Shown here: positions 26,101 through 37,270 of the stretch, piece after piece
Layout: each line of letters opens with the position of its first letter
Position numbering within the stretch: the first letter of the stretch is position 1
DNA from: Antedon mediterranea
Lineage: Eukaryota > Animalia > Echinodermata
Assembly (NCBI RefSeq): GCF_964355755.1
Contig: NC_092674.1
Coordinates: 31,620,001 to 31,684,000 of the forward strand
Direction of reading: 5' to 3'
DNA: 64,000 bases
Made by a program: the position numbers and the translations under genes
The notes under the pieces: model-generated
What the model was told of the DNA's origin: nothing
The model's input: the letters and a program-made list of their open reading frames with translations, nothing else
Database searches by the model: none

Positions 26101-29100
26101 AATACATCTTCATAATCCCACTCTTCCCTTCTATCTGACATGTTTTACAATACATCTTCATAATCCCACTCTTCCTTTCTATCTGACATGTTTTACAATA
26201 CATCTTCATAATCCCACTCTTCCCTTCTATCTGACATGTTTTACAATACATCTTCATAATCCCACTCTTCCTTTCTATCTGACATGTTTTACAATACATC
26301 TTCATAATCCCACTCTTCCCTTCTATCTGACATGTTTTACAATACATCTTCATAATCCCACTCTTCCCTTCTATCTGATATGTTTTACAATACATCTTCA
26401 TAATCCCACTCTTCCCTTCTATCTGACATGTTTTACAATACATCTTCATAATCATTATATAACCAGTGTGTAATACAGATCTGATGCATTCACATAAAAA
26501 GATAACTTTGCAAGTATTAAATATTGTTATTTAGCCTTTTAATAGTTTTTATTTTCAAAATGTGTTGTATATACAGTATTTCTCATTACTTTATTTATAA
26601 CATTCCTTGTTGTATCTGATTATATAATTATGTAAATTGACAAACACACAATTGACTGGACATTACTACTTTTTTCTTGTTATTGTATCAATTGGTGATT
26701 TTTTTTTGTATCCTTATCATTTAAGGAGTTTTGAAGTTGTTCATCCAAGCATTGACCTGGTAGCAGAGGTCAAGAACCATGATCAAGGAATCATGCGGCT
26801 TGATATGCAACTACGTGCATTCTGGCGTTCCATCCAATATGGTGACCGCTGGAAAAGAGGGCGTGTGTTACTTACTGGAGCTACTGGTTTTCTGGGAACA
26901 TTTATTCTGCAAGAACTTTTGCTAAATACACAGGTATGTTATTCTTATCACACTTGTATAATTACTAACAAGCGAGCACATTTTATTGAGTTAGTTTGAT
27001 AAAATGTTATATCTGTAGTACAGTACATGTTGTGTTGAGTTTAATATCCCATGATGGGAATGTTATACACAGAGAAATTGAAGTTGCTACAAAACGTTAT
27101 ATGTGATTATTAATATTAGTCTCTATTTTTTAAAATTGTAAATATTTAAGAATTTGTAATTATTAATCTTATCTTTTGATCTTTGTGCATTTTTTATAGT
27201 AATTTTAAATTTAATTAATTATACAGTAATTATTACTGTTTCATAGGCCTTAATGTGTTTTTTCTTCGTTTAACTTTGTTTATGTGAATTATCATTTTCA
27301 TATGTAAGCTCTTATTTCAACTATGAGTTGTATTTTGAGTCTTTTTATACCGATTAAATAAAAAAATAAATAAATATTTAAAATGGCTAACATGTTCCTC
27401 TAAATGCTAAGGTACTTCATAGCAAGTTGAAGTATAGGTTGTTAAAAGTGTTTATTGCAATATACAAGTTGTGTTTGGGATTAAGTTATAAGTAAGTTAG
27501 TAAGTTGTAAGTTATACCCAGCAATCAAAATGTTCGAAGTTTGATCTTTATTTTATGAGGTACTGTAGGTGTAAGTGAGAGATAACATGCCCTCCACGCC
27601 CTACCCTAAAATTAACTAAGCTTTAATAAATGGAAGACGGCTTCTATATGTTATAAACTTGATTTTATTCCCCCCATGTTATTTATATACACCACTGCAG
27701 TGGTATTGTCAATTTTTATTAAAATGTTATTTAAATAATAAATATCAATGTTATTTAATTTTGTTTCGTTATTATTTACCCAAACAAGCTGGTCGTTGAG
27801 GCCAGAGTTTCTTTAACGATCACCGTAGCAAAATAAAATAAGAAGATTAAACGAGAACTTACCTGTTCGAAGTTTGATCTTTATTTTATAGGTAAAAATG
27901 TAAGTGAGAGGTAACTCTTACATGACTTGGCATTTTTTATATGTCATTAAAGAAACATAATTGTTATGATAAATAACAATAATTTGTTTATGGAATCTAT
28001 TGTTGATGCATCCAGCATAGATATCATCATTTTCTATACTGAATTCTTTTCAGACACACATTTATTGCCTTGTGCGGAGATTTCGAGATATGACCGGTGA
28101 ACAAAGACTGCTTGCATCACTCAAACAGTTTGGAATTTGTAAGGAATCTTCCCAGAAAAACAAAGTGATGGAATACTTTGATACACGAGTAACAGCAATT
28201 ACAGGTAAACAAGCCAGCTGATATTGATTTAAACCTGTGCTGCTAATAGTTTGATAATAAAGTAGAAGTATCCATTTGAAATGTTTGCATAGGATAAACA
28301 CAAACTATTCAGTTTCAGTGTGATGAGTAAGATTTGTTCAATGCTGCAGAGAAAAGTTTTGAAGATCTCACATGTACGCAAGTGCATTATTATTATTGGT
28401 TATTATTATTATTATTATTATTATTTATTCTGTGTATTATTATTATATGGTTTTAGATTAAGAATCCTATTTTAGTGTGATTTTCAGTTTTATATTAGTT
28501 TTTGTTGTATATATGGATCTATTCATTCTAAAATAAAGTGATCAATTCAATTCAATTATCAGGTGATGTTTCTCTTAGAAATATGGGAATGAGTGAAGAG
28601 GATTACACTTACCTTAGCTATGAGGTAACTTGTACTTAATTATTTTGTTTCAACAAGTTTAAAAGTAATTTTAAAATCATATAAAAACATATTTGATGGC
28701 AGGACTTGATTAACATTCCAGGGTCCAGGTTAAATGTTCTAATTCATCATCTGTGTACACTATCAAACTAATATAACCCAAATATGGTAGTGATACACTT
28801 AAATATGGTAGTGATATGACATCATCATGTACGTTCATATATGGGAACATTACATTTTTTTGTCACATAAAGTGTAGACAGAGATTTAATTTATTATATT
28901 TTATAAATTCTTAGATTGACTTTATAGTACATGCTGCTGCCTATGTAAATCTCATCTATCCATATGATGCCCTACACGGAACTAACGTATTAGGTACCCA
29001 GAATACTGTCCTCTTTTCTTGTACGAATAAGATCAAACCACTCCATCATATAAGGTAACATAACAATTTTCATGTCATAAAAGCTAATTGAAAAGTTCCA

Positions 29101-32100
29101 ATAATTTATTTTGGATGTCTAATAATAAATTAAACTGCTTTATTAGAGGGTTGAAAGATGTGACAAGTATTAGCATATTTGCTACTATTTGCTTGCCTCC
29201 TCTCTTTATTAACTAAACACCTTCATATTAGATTATTGACTGTGCTATTCTTGCCTGATTGCTAAGCATCATAATAAGTGTTTGCTTACCTCGCTTTTAT
29301 AATATAGTTCAGTTTAAGTTGATTGCATTGTTGTACAAGTTTTGTTTAAATACATAAAATATTTGAGTTTGTGTTTAAGAATTATTACATAAACATAACA
29401 TAAATTCAAACAATTGTGTTTTTGGTTTTTGTCGTTATTTATATCTTAACAAATCTTTATAAAAATGTTGTTTTACTAAGTACTAATAGTGTGTTCCCGC
29501 ATAACACTACTAATTGTATGGAAAATGATGACATGCTAAAATATGCCTCGTTACTAGCCGATGGGTATGGACAGACTAAGTGGGTTGCAGAACAAATTGT
29601 GCTGAAAGCCAAATCCCGTGGTCTTCCTGTTGTCATTTATAGACTTGGTAAGTTGTATTCCGGACACCAAAACCTGTCTTCCGAGCTGACTACAGCGTTA
29701 GCATTCTCGTCACCAGGTGCACTGCTGCCTTTAGCATTCTTCCGTGTTGACCTAGTACTGGAACTAGCCATTGAATTGATGAATGACAGTAGAAATAGCG
29801 GAATAGCAGTAGCAATATGGCAAAGTAGATGAACAAACTACCGTAGGACTAGTAGTGTCCGAGTCAAAGTGATAGCTGGTTGAATCAGCCACAACAATGG
29901 CGAAATAATTGAGTTCAATGAAAACCGGGAGCGAGGTTTTAGACACGTCCGTTCACCATGAGTTCTGAGAACTAAGCATTGCTTGTATCCTTAGGCAAGA
30001 CACTTTACTTACATTTGCCTCTCTCCACCCAGGTGTATAAATGGGTACCGGTTAGATCAAGATAACCTTGCACTGATTACTAGCTGCATTATTATGAGAG
30101 TATGTTTCCATAAATGTTGATCCAAAAAATGAATGGGGTAATAATATTCAGCGCGTTAAGAGCTTGCTTATATGCGCTATATAAGAAAGAACTTATTATT
30201 ATTACTAACAAACCCATTCACTATCCCATCCCCCACTATTTGATCTACAGTATGCTCTGCCTACACTCAATCTTGTTAGATATTATTTATAACATTTAGG
30301 CAATCTTTCCGGTGACTCCACTACTGCTTACTGGAACCCATTAGACTCAAACCTGTTGGCTATCCAAGGAATTGCTGCCACTCACACCGCTCCTGACATT
30401 GATTGGCAAATTGAGATGACACCAGTAGATTTTGTAAGCAGTGTTATTGTGAACATGACACAGAATTTGATGTGTTGTGTTGGCAAGGTTTTCCATATTG
30501 TTAACCCAAACCGTGTTGATGCAAAGTGAGTATAATAATAATGAATTAATATTTATTTTTTCTTCTTTACGTTTATTTAATACTATATTCAGAAATATAC
30601 AAGATTATTGAAAAGTTTATTTAAAGTATGGTATAGAGTTTATATACATTATTCAATGTGCTTAATCCTGTTTCTTTTTAGTTTGCTGTATCAGACAATG
30701 AGAAATCTAGGGTATCCCATAAAAGTTGTTAGTTTTGAAGAATGGGGTGAAGAGATTGAATTACTAAGCAATGGATCTGAAGAGACCAGGATGCTAGGCC
30801 AAGCACTTGATGGCATCAATAAGTAAGCTTTTAAGTACCAACCACTTCATTGTTTTAGAGTAAGTCAGCCTGATTGAAAGTTAAACTGATTGAAAGTTAA
30901 AATGACATACATTTATTTTCTTATTTATTTTCATCCTTTTGTTGACAGAAATCCAGAATTCTTTCAAGACAAGTCGCAATTTGATATGAGATATTTAAGG
31001 GAAATGCTAGATGAATGGCAGATTCAATACCCTACAGTAGATGTGAAACAAATAAGAATGTACTTAAAACATCTTATAGCTAGAAAAGTTCTTAAATCAC
31101 CAAATCCACGACATAGTGGTAAGTACTTTTAGCATAGTGCATTCATTTTTTATATTCTAATTATATTTAAATGCTTATATATAAAGTAATTTATTGCTCT
31201 ATAGAAAATAAAAAAATTAATGAGCAATCAAATCTTTAGTAAAACCAAGTACAGTAGTTCAATAGATTTGAATCTATTGTTAGCTGTTTAGCTTTTTAGA
31301 TATTTTTACTATTTCATTCAATTCAAAACTGAAATATACATATTGAAACTAAACTGATAAAACTAGGATAGTGAGCTATTATCATTACTAGTTGAAATAA
31401 TGGTGTAACAGAGGTGGATTTAGAGAGAAATTAAAATTACCCCTTATTCATTTTAAACTCTATAATTAGCAAAATAATATTTAATGATTAGAAATTAAAT
31501 TAATGATTAAAAAGGTCATTTACTTTGTGAATTGTGACATTCTATTAAATTAATTATGTAATAAATATTCATTTTCTATATATGAAAGTATAAATTATAA
31601 ATTATTATGACTATGACTCATGCAGAAGTACTATTCATTTATCAAACTGAATATTCCCCAGAATTATTTTACTAGATCATAATAGGAGTCAATTCTACAT
31701 GTTATCATTATGCTATGTATATGGAGTAGCAATTGCATAAAATACAGCAGTGTATGCACTGTAGTATTGACTAAAAGCTACATTTGATTTAAAAGTCTAG
31801 GCTAATTGATGTGAAGAGGATTTATAAATCTAATGGAATGGGATTTATAAATCTAATGGAATGGGATTTATAAATCTAATGGAATGGGATTTATAGAAAC
31901 ACATTATTAAAGTCCTATGTATTAAAAGTAATTTGCTTTAAGTGTATAAATGTATTTGTAAGGATTTTTTATAGTATTACATACACTCACATAACGTATT
32001 GTTCATTTTCTGTTTTACAGTAGTACATATACAGAAAACAAAATGAAGCATTTTAAACAAACTTGATTTTGTTTTCCTGTCTATGATTTTTTTTACCTGT

Positions 32101-34550
32101 TTTATGTGATTTGATCAAATAAATAAATGAATGTGTTTCCATAGAAAATACACCATTACTTGGCCAAGTTGCTATAGTGACAGGGGCATCAAGTGGTATT
32201 GGAGCAGCAATTGCAACCCACCTTGCAAATGCCGGGGCATCAGTTGCAATAGCAGCACGAAGAGAAGACAAACTCCAGAAAGTTAAAGAGGAAATTGAAG
32301 CAAATAGTGGAACAGTTTTTGTGATGAAAACAGATGTTACAAAAAGAGAACAAGTAAGTCACCAATATTTATTTTATTGATATTCAATTTTATTTGGTAA
32401 ATAAAGTGAAATGTACATTGCTGGTCACACATAACAATATATGATGGAACTGTTTACTCACACAATCTGTATTTGTTTTAGTGTATGCATTGTGTAAAAA
32501 TAAATAATGCTATGTATAAAAGCTTTTCTTGTTGTTTATTGGATGTTGTTAACATTAACCCCAAGGGGATCATTACTAGAAAACATAATGAGTTTCTATA
32601 AACTGACCTTGGTAAATCCATGTGTCACTGGGATTTTAATATTTCAAATCTGTAATCGTATTTTTATGTTCCTAGTACTACATAATATATAAATCATTAA
32701 CATGTAAGATATTTTGAGCTCATAATGAACGTATAGGAAGAAGTCTTAAAATTATGTTATAGTTTGATTCAAAGAAAAGTAGCATAAATATGTTACATTA
32801 TTAAAATACATTCAACATCACAAGGACCATTTTCACTTATGTATTCATAATTTTGAAATAATTTATTTCTAAATACCTTGTGGCAAGATTATTTAAGTTA
32901 AACAATTAAACGAGTTTGACTCAAGTTACTCAATAGTTACTTATCAAATTTAGCCTACGGTATTAAACGACTTGTATGGATGATTTCCAGGTCGTTTGCT
33001 TCAGTTTTTAGGCCATGCTGCTAATGACTGACATGCTGATGACATTACTCAATGCACTTTCATTTCATCTACCTCGTTTACATCGCTTAAACTCAAGTTA
33101 GCTCCTCGCTAACATTTATGCATATATAATAGTGTATGAATACATCAATACATGAATATATAAAAAGTGTATTTAGAACTGTATGTTAATGTAAAAATAC
33201 AACAAAACAGCATTGTACAACTTAAGCTCTGTTCTACACCATCAAACTAGTTTGAAAAAAAAGTGTGAGGTCAATTATGGTAGTGATATGTCCAAATATG
33301 GTAGTGATATGACATCATCATGTCCATATATGGGCACATCACATTTTGTTTGTCACATAAATTTTGATAGTGTAGACAGAACTTTAGAAATATATCCTTT
33401 AGAACAAAAAAAACATTTAATTCAGTAATTCAAGGTTTGTTTTATTTAAAATAATAACATTTAACAATTACTGATTATTATAATGACAATGATGGTAAAG
33501 AATTGTCTCTTCAATAAAAGGTGCTGAGGATGATTTGTATATATTTTATGGTCCCATACATTTATATCCTCTCTTTTAGGTTAAGTGTTTAGTTACTGAA
33601 ACAGAGAAGCACTTAGGACCAGTAGACATCATAGTGAACAATGCTGGCATTATGTATTATACCCCAATGAGGAAAATACAGGAAGATCAATGGGAGAAGA
33701 CGATTGATATTAACTGCAAGGTACAATACATTTTGTTTCAATATCATTTTGTCCTAAATTGATTACGTATGTTTTAGGTTTTATCTACTAAGTAAAGCTT
33801 GCCAGTAAGAAAAGTGTTGTACAGAAACGAAGCAATATAATAGTTATAAGACATTTTTCTTTTTTATTCTGACTTCAAGCCAAACATCTTAGTAAAGCTT
33901 GCTTTAAATTAACATGTTAGCAAACTGTTGTTGTTTTTCACAGGGTGTAGTTAATGGGATTGGAGCTGTACTTAAAGGCATGTTAGAAAGAAAGAAAGGA
34001 CACATTGTCAATATGTCATCAAATGCTGGAAGAGCTGTAAGTATTTATGTGATTATAGTATTAAAAAAAACATTACCCGAAGATTGTAAATTGAAAATTA
34101 TAAATACAAATACATAAACAATAAGTTGTAATGTTTGCAGGCGTTTGCTGGTCTTGCTGTTTACACAGGAACAAAGTTCTTTGTTGAAGGTGTCTCATCT
34201 TCACTACGGAAAGAGATTGCAGATAGTGGAGTGAAAGTAACATGTATTCAACCGGGTGATGTTGTTACTGAGCTGTTAGCTCATAGTACAGACAATGAGG
34301 TACGTTAAAAATGGAACCTTTAATGCAGTGACTGAATAAAGGTATAACATATAACAAATATAAACCAACATTTTTGTTTGCTATTAACATTGTTCATTTC
34401 TAGGCTAAATCTGAGTATGCTGATAATAGTGGAGAAAAGGTTTTAGATCCGAATGATATAGGCAGAGCTGTTGTATATGCTGTAAGTCAGCCAGCACATG
34501 TCGCTATTAATGAAATTTTGATTGAACCTAGACATGCTCCAGCAGTCTGA
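16647..34550 (+). CDS. ATRR: NRPS-like carboxylic acid reductase, A-T-R1(thioester reductase)-R2(SDR); glycine betaine reductase ATRR-like; ~1279 aa
   Basis: 24 phase-consistent exons totalling 3840 nt: 16647-16890, 17180-17296, 18941-19090 (YSSGTTGKPKG), 19225-19356 (NVFFVWE), 19441-19606, 21171-21321 (LCGE, NLYSISE), 21415-21525, 21707-21925 (YRTGD, GRCDSMVKIRG), 22047-22243, 22421-22612 (SGKLDKKAL, NFFDLG), 24570-24716 (GHSLLA Ppant Ser), 26726-26933 (LLTGATGFLG), 28054-28204, 28563-28624, 28915-29054 (HAAAYVN), 29481-29647 (GYGQTKWVAE), 30300-30525, 30682-30822, 30949-31118, 32145-32353 (TGASSGIG), 33580-33720 (NNAG), 33944-34036, 34141-34299 (YTGTK), 34404-34550. Confidence 0.9.
16975..17092. 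repeat. Short degenerate tandem repeat (~21-bp unit, ~5 copies)
   Basis: CCACCATTTGAGTTCTCAACT / CCATTTTGAGTTTTTACT variants in tandem. Confidence 0.75.
17316..18350 (-). mobile_element. Decayed non-LTR retrotransposon (CR1/L2-like) 3' fragment in A-T-R-R intron 2
   Basis: Minus-strand peptide ..HYHHTR..KLHIP..IRYSGPTFWNDLP..SFISKL resembles a LINE ORF2 C-terminus. It is followed by a T-rich UTR and a (TTGAA)n tail near 17320-17337. The upstream boundary is uncertain. Confidence 0.65.
19697..21056. repeat. GC-rich intronic minisatellite, 59-bp unit, ~23 copies
   Basis: Unit ACTGAGGTAATTTGGATTAGGCCCTCCACGGACCCACAGCAGCCAGCAGTGCAGCGCCT with a few recurring variants. Confidence 0.97.
23048..24541 (+). 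mobile_element. Non-autonomous Helentron-associated element (HINE/DINE-1-like), ~1.5 kb
   Basis: 5' subTIR GGTTATATGCAT (23053-23064) with adjacent inverted copy ATGCATATAACC (23068-23079), (TTTA)n microsatellite, 3' subTIR ATGCATATAACC (24496-24507), 3' hairpin AATTCGTCA-TAG-TGACGAATT (24511-24531), CTAGT end; T-rich flanks. Confidence 0.75.
24734..26453. repeat. Intronic minisatellite, 48-bp unit, ~36 copies
   Basis: Unit CCTTCTATCTGACATGTTTTACAATACATCTTCATAATCCCACTCTTC, with one extra base near 25741. It begins ~18 nt after the exon-11 donor. Confidence 0.97.
28750..28886. mobile_element. MITE, partial/degenerate copy of the element at 33223-33386
   Basis: Shares CTGT.TACACTATCAAACT, AAATATGGTAGTGATATGACATCATCATGT and TGTCACATAA..AGTGTAGACAGAG with the 33.2-kb copy. 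Confidence 0.7.
29950..30205 (+). mobile_element. SINE fragment (CORE-like central domain plus LINE-derived 3' tail)
   Basis: CCTTAGGCAAGACACTTTAC..CTCTCCACCCAGGTGTATAAATGGGTACC, then ..GCGCTATATAAGA..TTATTATTATT tail. Confidence 0.65.
31818..31894. repeat. 23-bp tandem repeat, ~3.4 copies
   Basis: GGATTTATAAATCTAATGGAATG repeated. Confidence 0.85.
33223..33386. mobile_element. MITE with ~24-bp imperfect terminal inverted repeats
   Basis: 5' AAGCTCTGTTCTACACCATCAAA versus 3' TTTGATAGTGTAGACAGAACTT; second copy at 28750-28886. Confidence 0.75.
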
Positions 34551-34647
34551 TTACCAAGTCCCAAAGCAAAGATATTCAGGTAATACTTGAATTTCCTCAT
34601 CAATTAATGGTGTATTGAACTTAAATGACAAAAAGACTCAAATATAG

Positions 34648-34742
34648 TATTGGCATGACGATTGGTATTGACAGGAAACTATTGGTATTGACAGGAAACT
34701 ATTGGTATTGGCATGACGATTGGTATTGACAGGAAACTATTA
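34648..34742. repeat. ~19-20-bp tandem repeat in the A-T-R-R 3' UTR
   Basis: ATTGGTATTGACAGGAAACT and ATTGGCATGACG variants in tandem. Confidence 0.75.
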
Positions 34743-37270
34743 TTCATAAATCAATACTGTCATACTTAGTCATTGGAATATTTATATAATATTTTTATGA
34801 TATAATTATATGATTTCACATTCCTTGCATTTTTTAAAGATACGTCACGTAGAGTATAGAACAATAAGACAAAATAACTTTGCCATTGTTAATTTGTTTA
34901 ATGTATTAGTATTATACTGATTAAGTATTACAAATAATTTATGCTTGCCAATTTTACGAACATTTGTGAAATATAAACTATATATTGATAATAGTGACTA
35001 GATGTTAAATTGCTACTGATACAAATGTATGAATTTTAAATATGAAGTGCAGTAATTTAAAAACAGCAATAACATAACAATAAAGTGAAGAAAAAACTGT
35101 TTTTTTTCTTAAAAGAATACCATCAATTCCGTTTTATCATTTCGTGGGTAACTTTATTGTCAACTCTTTAATACCGTTATAGAGTACCATCCTTCTTATG
35201 TATATGGTGTATATTCATCACAGTTATTGTGTCTTCGTTCATCAGTACCGTCCATTCCTTATCTTATTCCCTATTAACATAGAGATAAACCTGTATCAGA
35301 CTATACAGGAAGAAAGATCAAAGAAAGCTTGTGTACTCGGTCATGTCTGGAAAGTGTTAAAATAGACCCACATTTCATATTAGATAATAATACTTGTGCT
35401 ATATTGTAAACCCATTAATAAACTGAAGAGAAACGAATTTTATTTTAACGATGTGTTTTTGTGTACACTTGGCGTGTACGTGTTAATGACATAAGCTAAT
35501 ATTATCTTTTCTGTTGGATAGTAATGTTAGACATCAAGCGAAAACTTAAATTGCACAGCCGCTAATGATAAAAGATGCTTATTTTACCAAAAATGTAGGA
35601 CATAAATTGGCCAAAAAGAAACAGTTAATGATAAAGTTTATATCTGATACATTTTGAACGAATGATGCGAACTTGAGAAGTGTTTAAAAGGAATTTCAAA
35701 ATGTCATTGAAAGATCTGCTATACGTTTGACAAGAATGAATTAAATTTGAGTTATTCTGTAATGCAATTCAAATGTCAATTTAAAGATAAATATCGATTT
35801 AGTATTCAGAAACAAAATAGGTCTAAAAAAACGTTTTACAAAAGAACTTTGCTAAAATGATGGTTGAATGTATTTATTTATTATTTTTTTAATAATCAAG
35901 ATTAATGATGTTTTTTGACAGTTTATATTATGTTTATAAACTCTTCTAATTCATCAAAATCAGAAAAGTATAATGAGCAACAAAATTCTGGACCTAAAAA
36001 ATTAATATTCTTTATTTTTAAATAATTAAGGTGTTTTCCACTATGGTCATATAAGCATCATTAGTCAGAAAATCTCGTCCTTGACAAATTATTTAAAAAT
36101 GTATATAGGTTTACTACAGTGTTTTTAAATTGTGGGTAAACCATAAATATGGACACAAAATCATGCCAATCATTACCGATACATGATTGACTGTAATTAT
36201 TTTAATTAATTTAAATAATTGATATAATAGTGCTATATTTCTAAGAATTAACATGAATTACTCAGTACAGTAAAGCTTGGTTATAAATGTTGAGAAAAGC
36301 GTTGAAAGAGAGTTAGAGTGTATGCTCATTCGCCATCGTGATATGTCGTCAACCGTTTCTACTCAGGTATTTGAATTTCACGCTTGAGTAAATCGGCGTA
36401 ATTGGCTTCTCGCATCCGATCTTTTTTCTGAACTAGTTTCCTCATTTTCTATTGGAACATAATCTATGGAAATATCACCTTTTTTACATCGTATTTCGAC
36501 AATTGACGCTGCTTTATGCACGGCATCGCCTACTGCATACGCTGTTTAGTAACTCTATCCGAGAGCCAGTTACCATACAACTATTTTAGCGCTATCCGAT
36601 TTCACAGTCAGATTGATGCTGAAAAGGTTTTAACTGCTTTCCGAAAAGTACTCAATCGACGAATTTGAATGAAAATATCATTAAGAAGAAATTACTTTAT
36701 TATATGATTTTTCTGGCTGTTCAATGTAAGATGCCGACGTCTACTACAGTCCATTGGATGGAATCATTTTGTACCTAAACAAACGTAAAAATGCACCTGC
36801 AGACGTATGTGAAGTTATACGACGATAATAGATCGCTAATAACAACCTGTCGCCTACAACCATTCAATTTGTTGTTAATTTATCCAATCATCATTGATTA
36901 TTTTTTATCGAAAGATTTTTCATTTTGCTTCACCATACCCGACGACGAAGATTAACCTATAGCCTGTTTTCAAAGCCGGTTCCAGTGCTTTTCTTAAACT
37001 TATGTAGATCAATGTTTTGCAAAACTTCATTGTAAAAATATGCGGTTGTTTTGTTCAATCGTATTAAAGGCATGCACAACAAGAATTTTAGAACCAGTGG
37101 ATATTAACAAACATGTAATCAATTCTGATTTCGTTTTTGGAAATTCATTGAATCTGGTTTGTAACCAATACGTCGTTTGAAAGTTATCTAGAAAGTCTGA
37201 ACCAATTATATTCGAAGCAATAATACCCTGTTTATCGTGTTTTGTACATTTTGTCTGCGTTACTAACAAA

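Noticed and set aside
24580-26455. Long ORFs of 399, 335 and 247 aa as independent genes
   Set aside because: Only 24570-24716 is an exon. The rest is a 48-bp repeat, kept only as a low-interest finding.
27531-27915. Direct repeat TGTTCGAAGTTTGATCTTTATTTTAT flanking ~300 bp as an LTR or TSD
   Set aside because: Too long for a TSD and too short and degenerate for LTRs, with no internal coding signal; probably a local duplication.
16647-34550. Bacterial or fungal contamination, or a multi-module peptide-building NRPS cluster
   Set aside because: It has 23 GT-AG introns with host-type repeats and animal neighbours. There is no condensation domain and no tailoring genes, so it is a reductase rather than a peptide synthetase.
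32145-34550. Separate SDR gene
   Set aside because: Exon 30949-31118 (phase 1) joins 32145 in frame, and I found no separate start codon for the SDR; it is the fused R2 domain.
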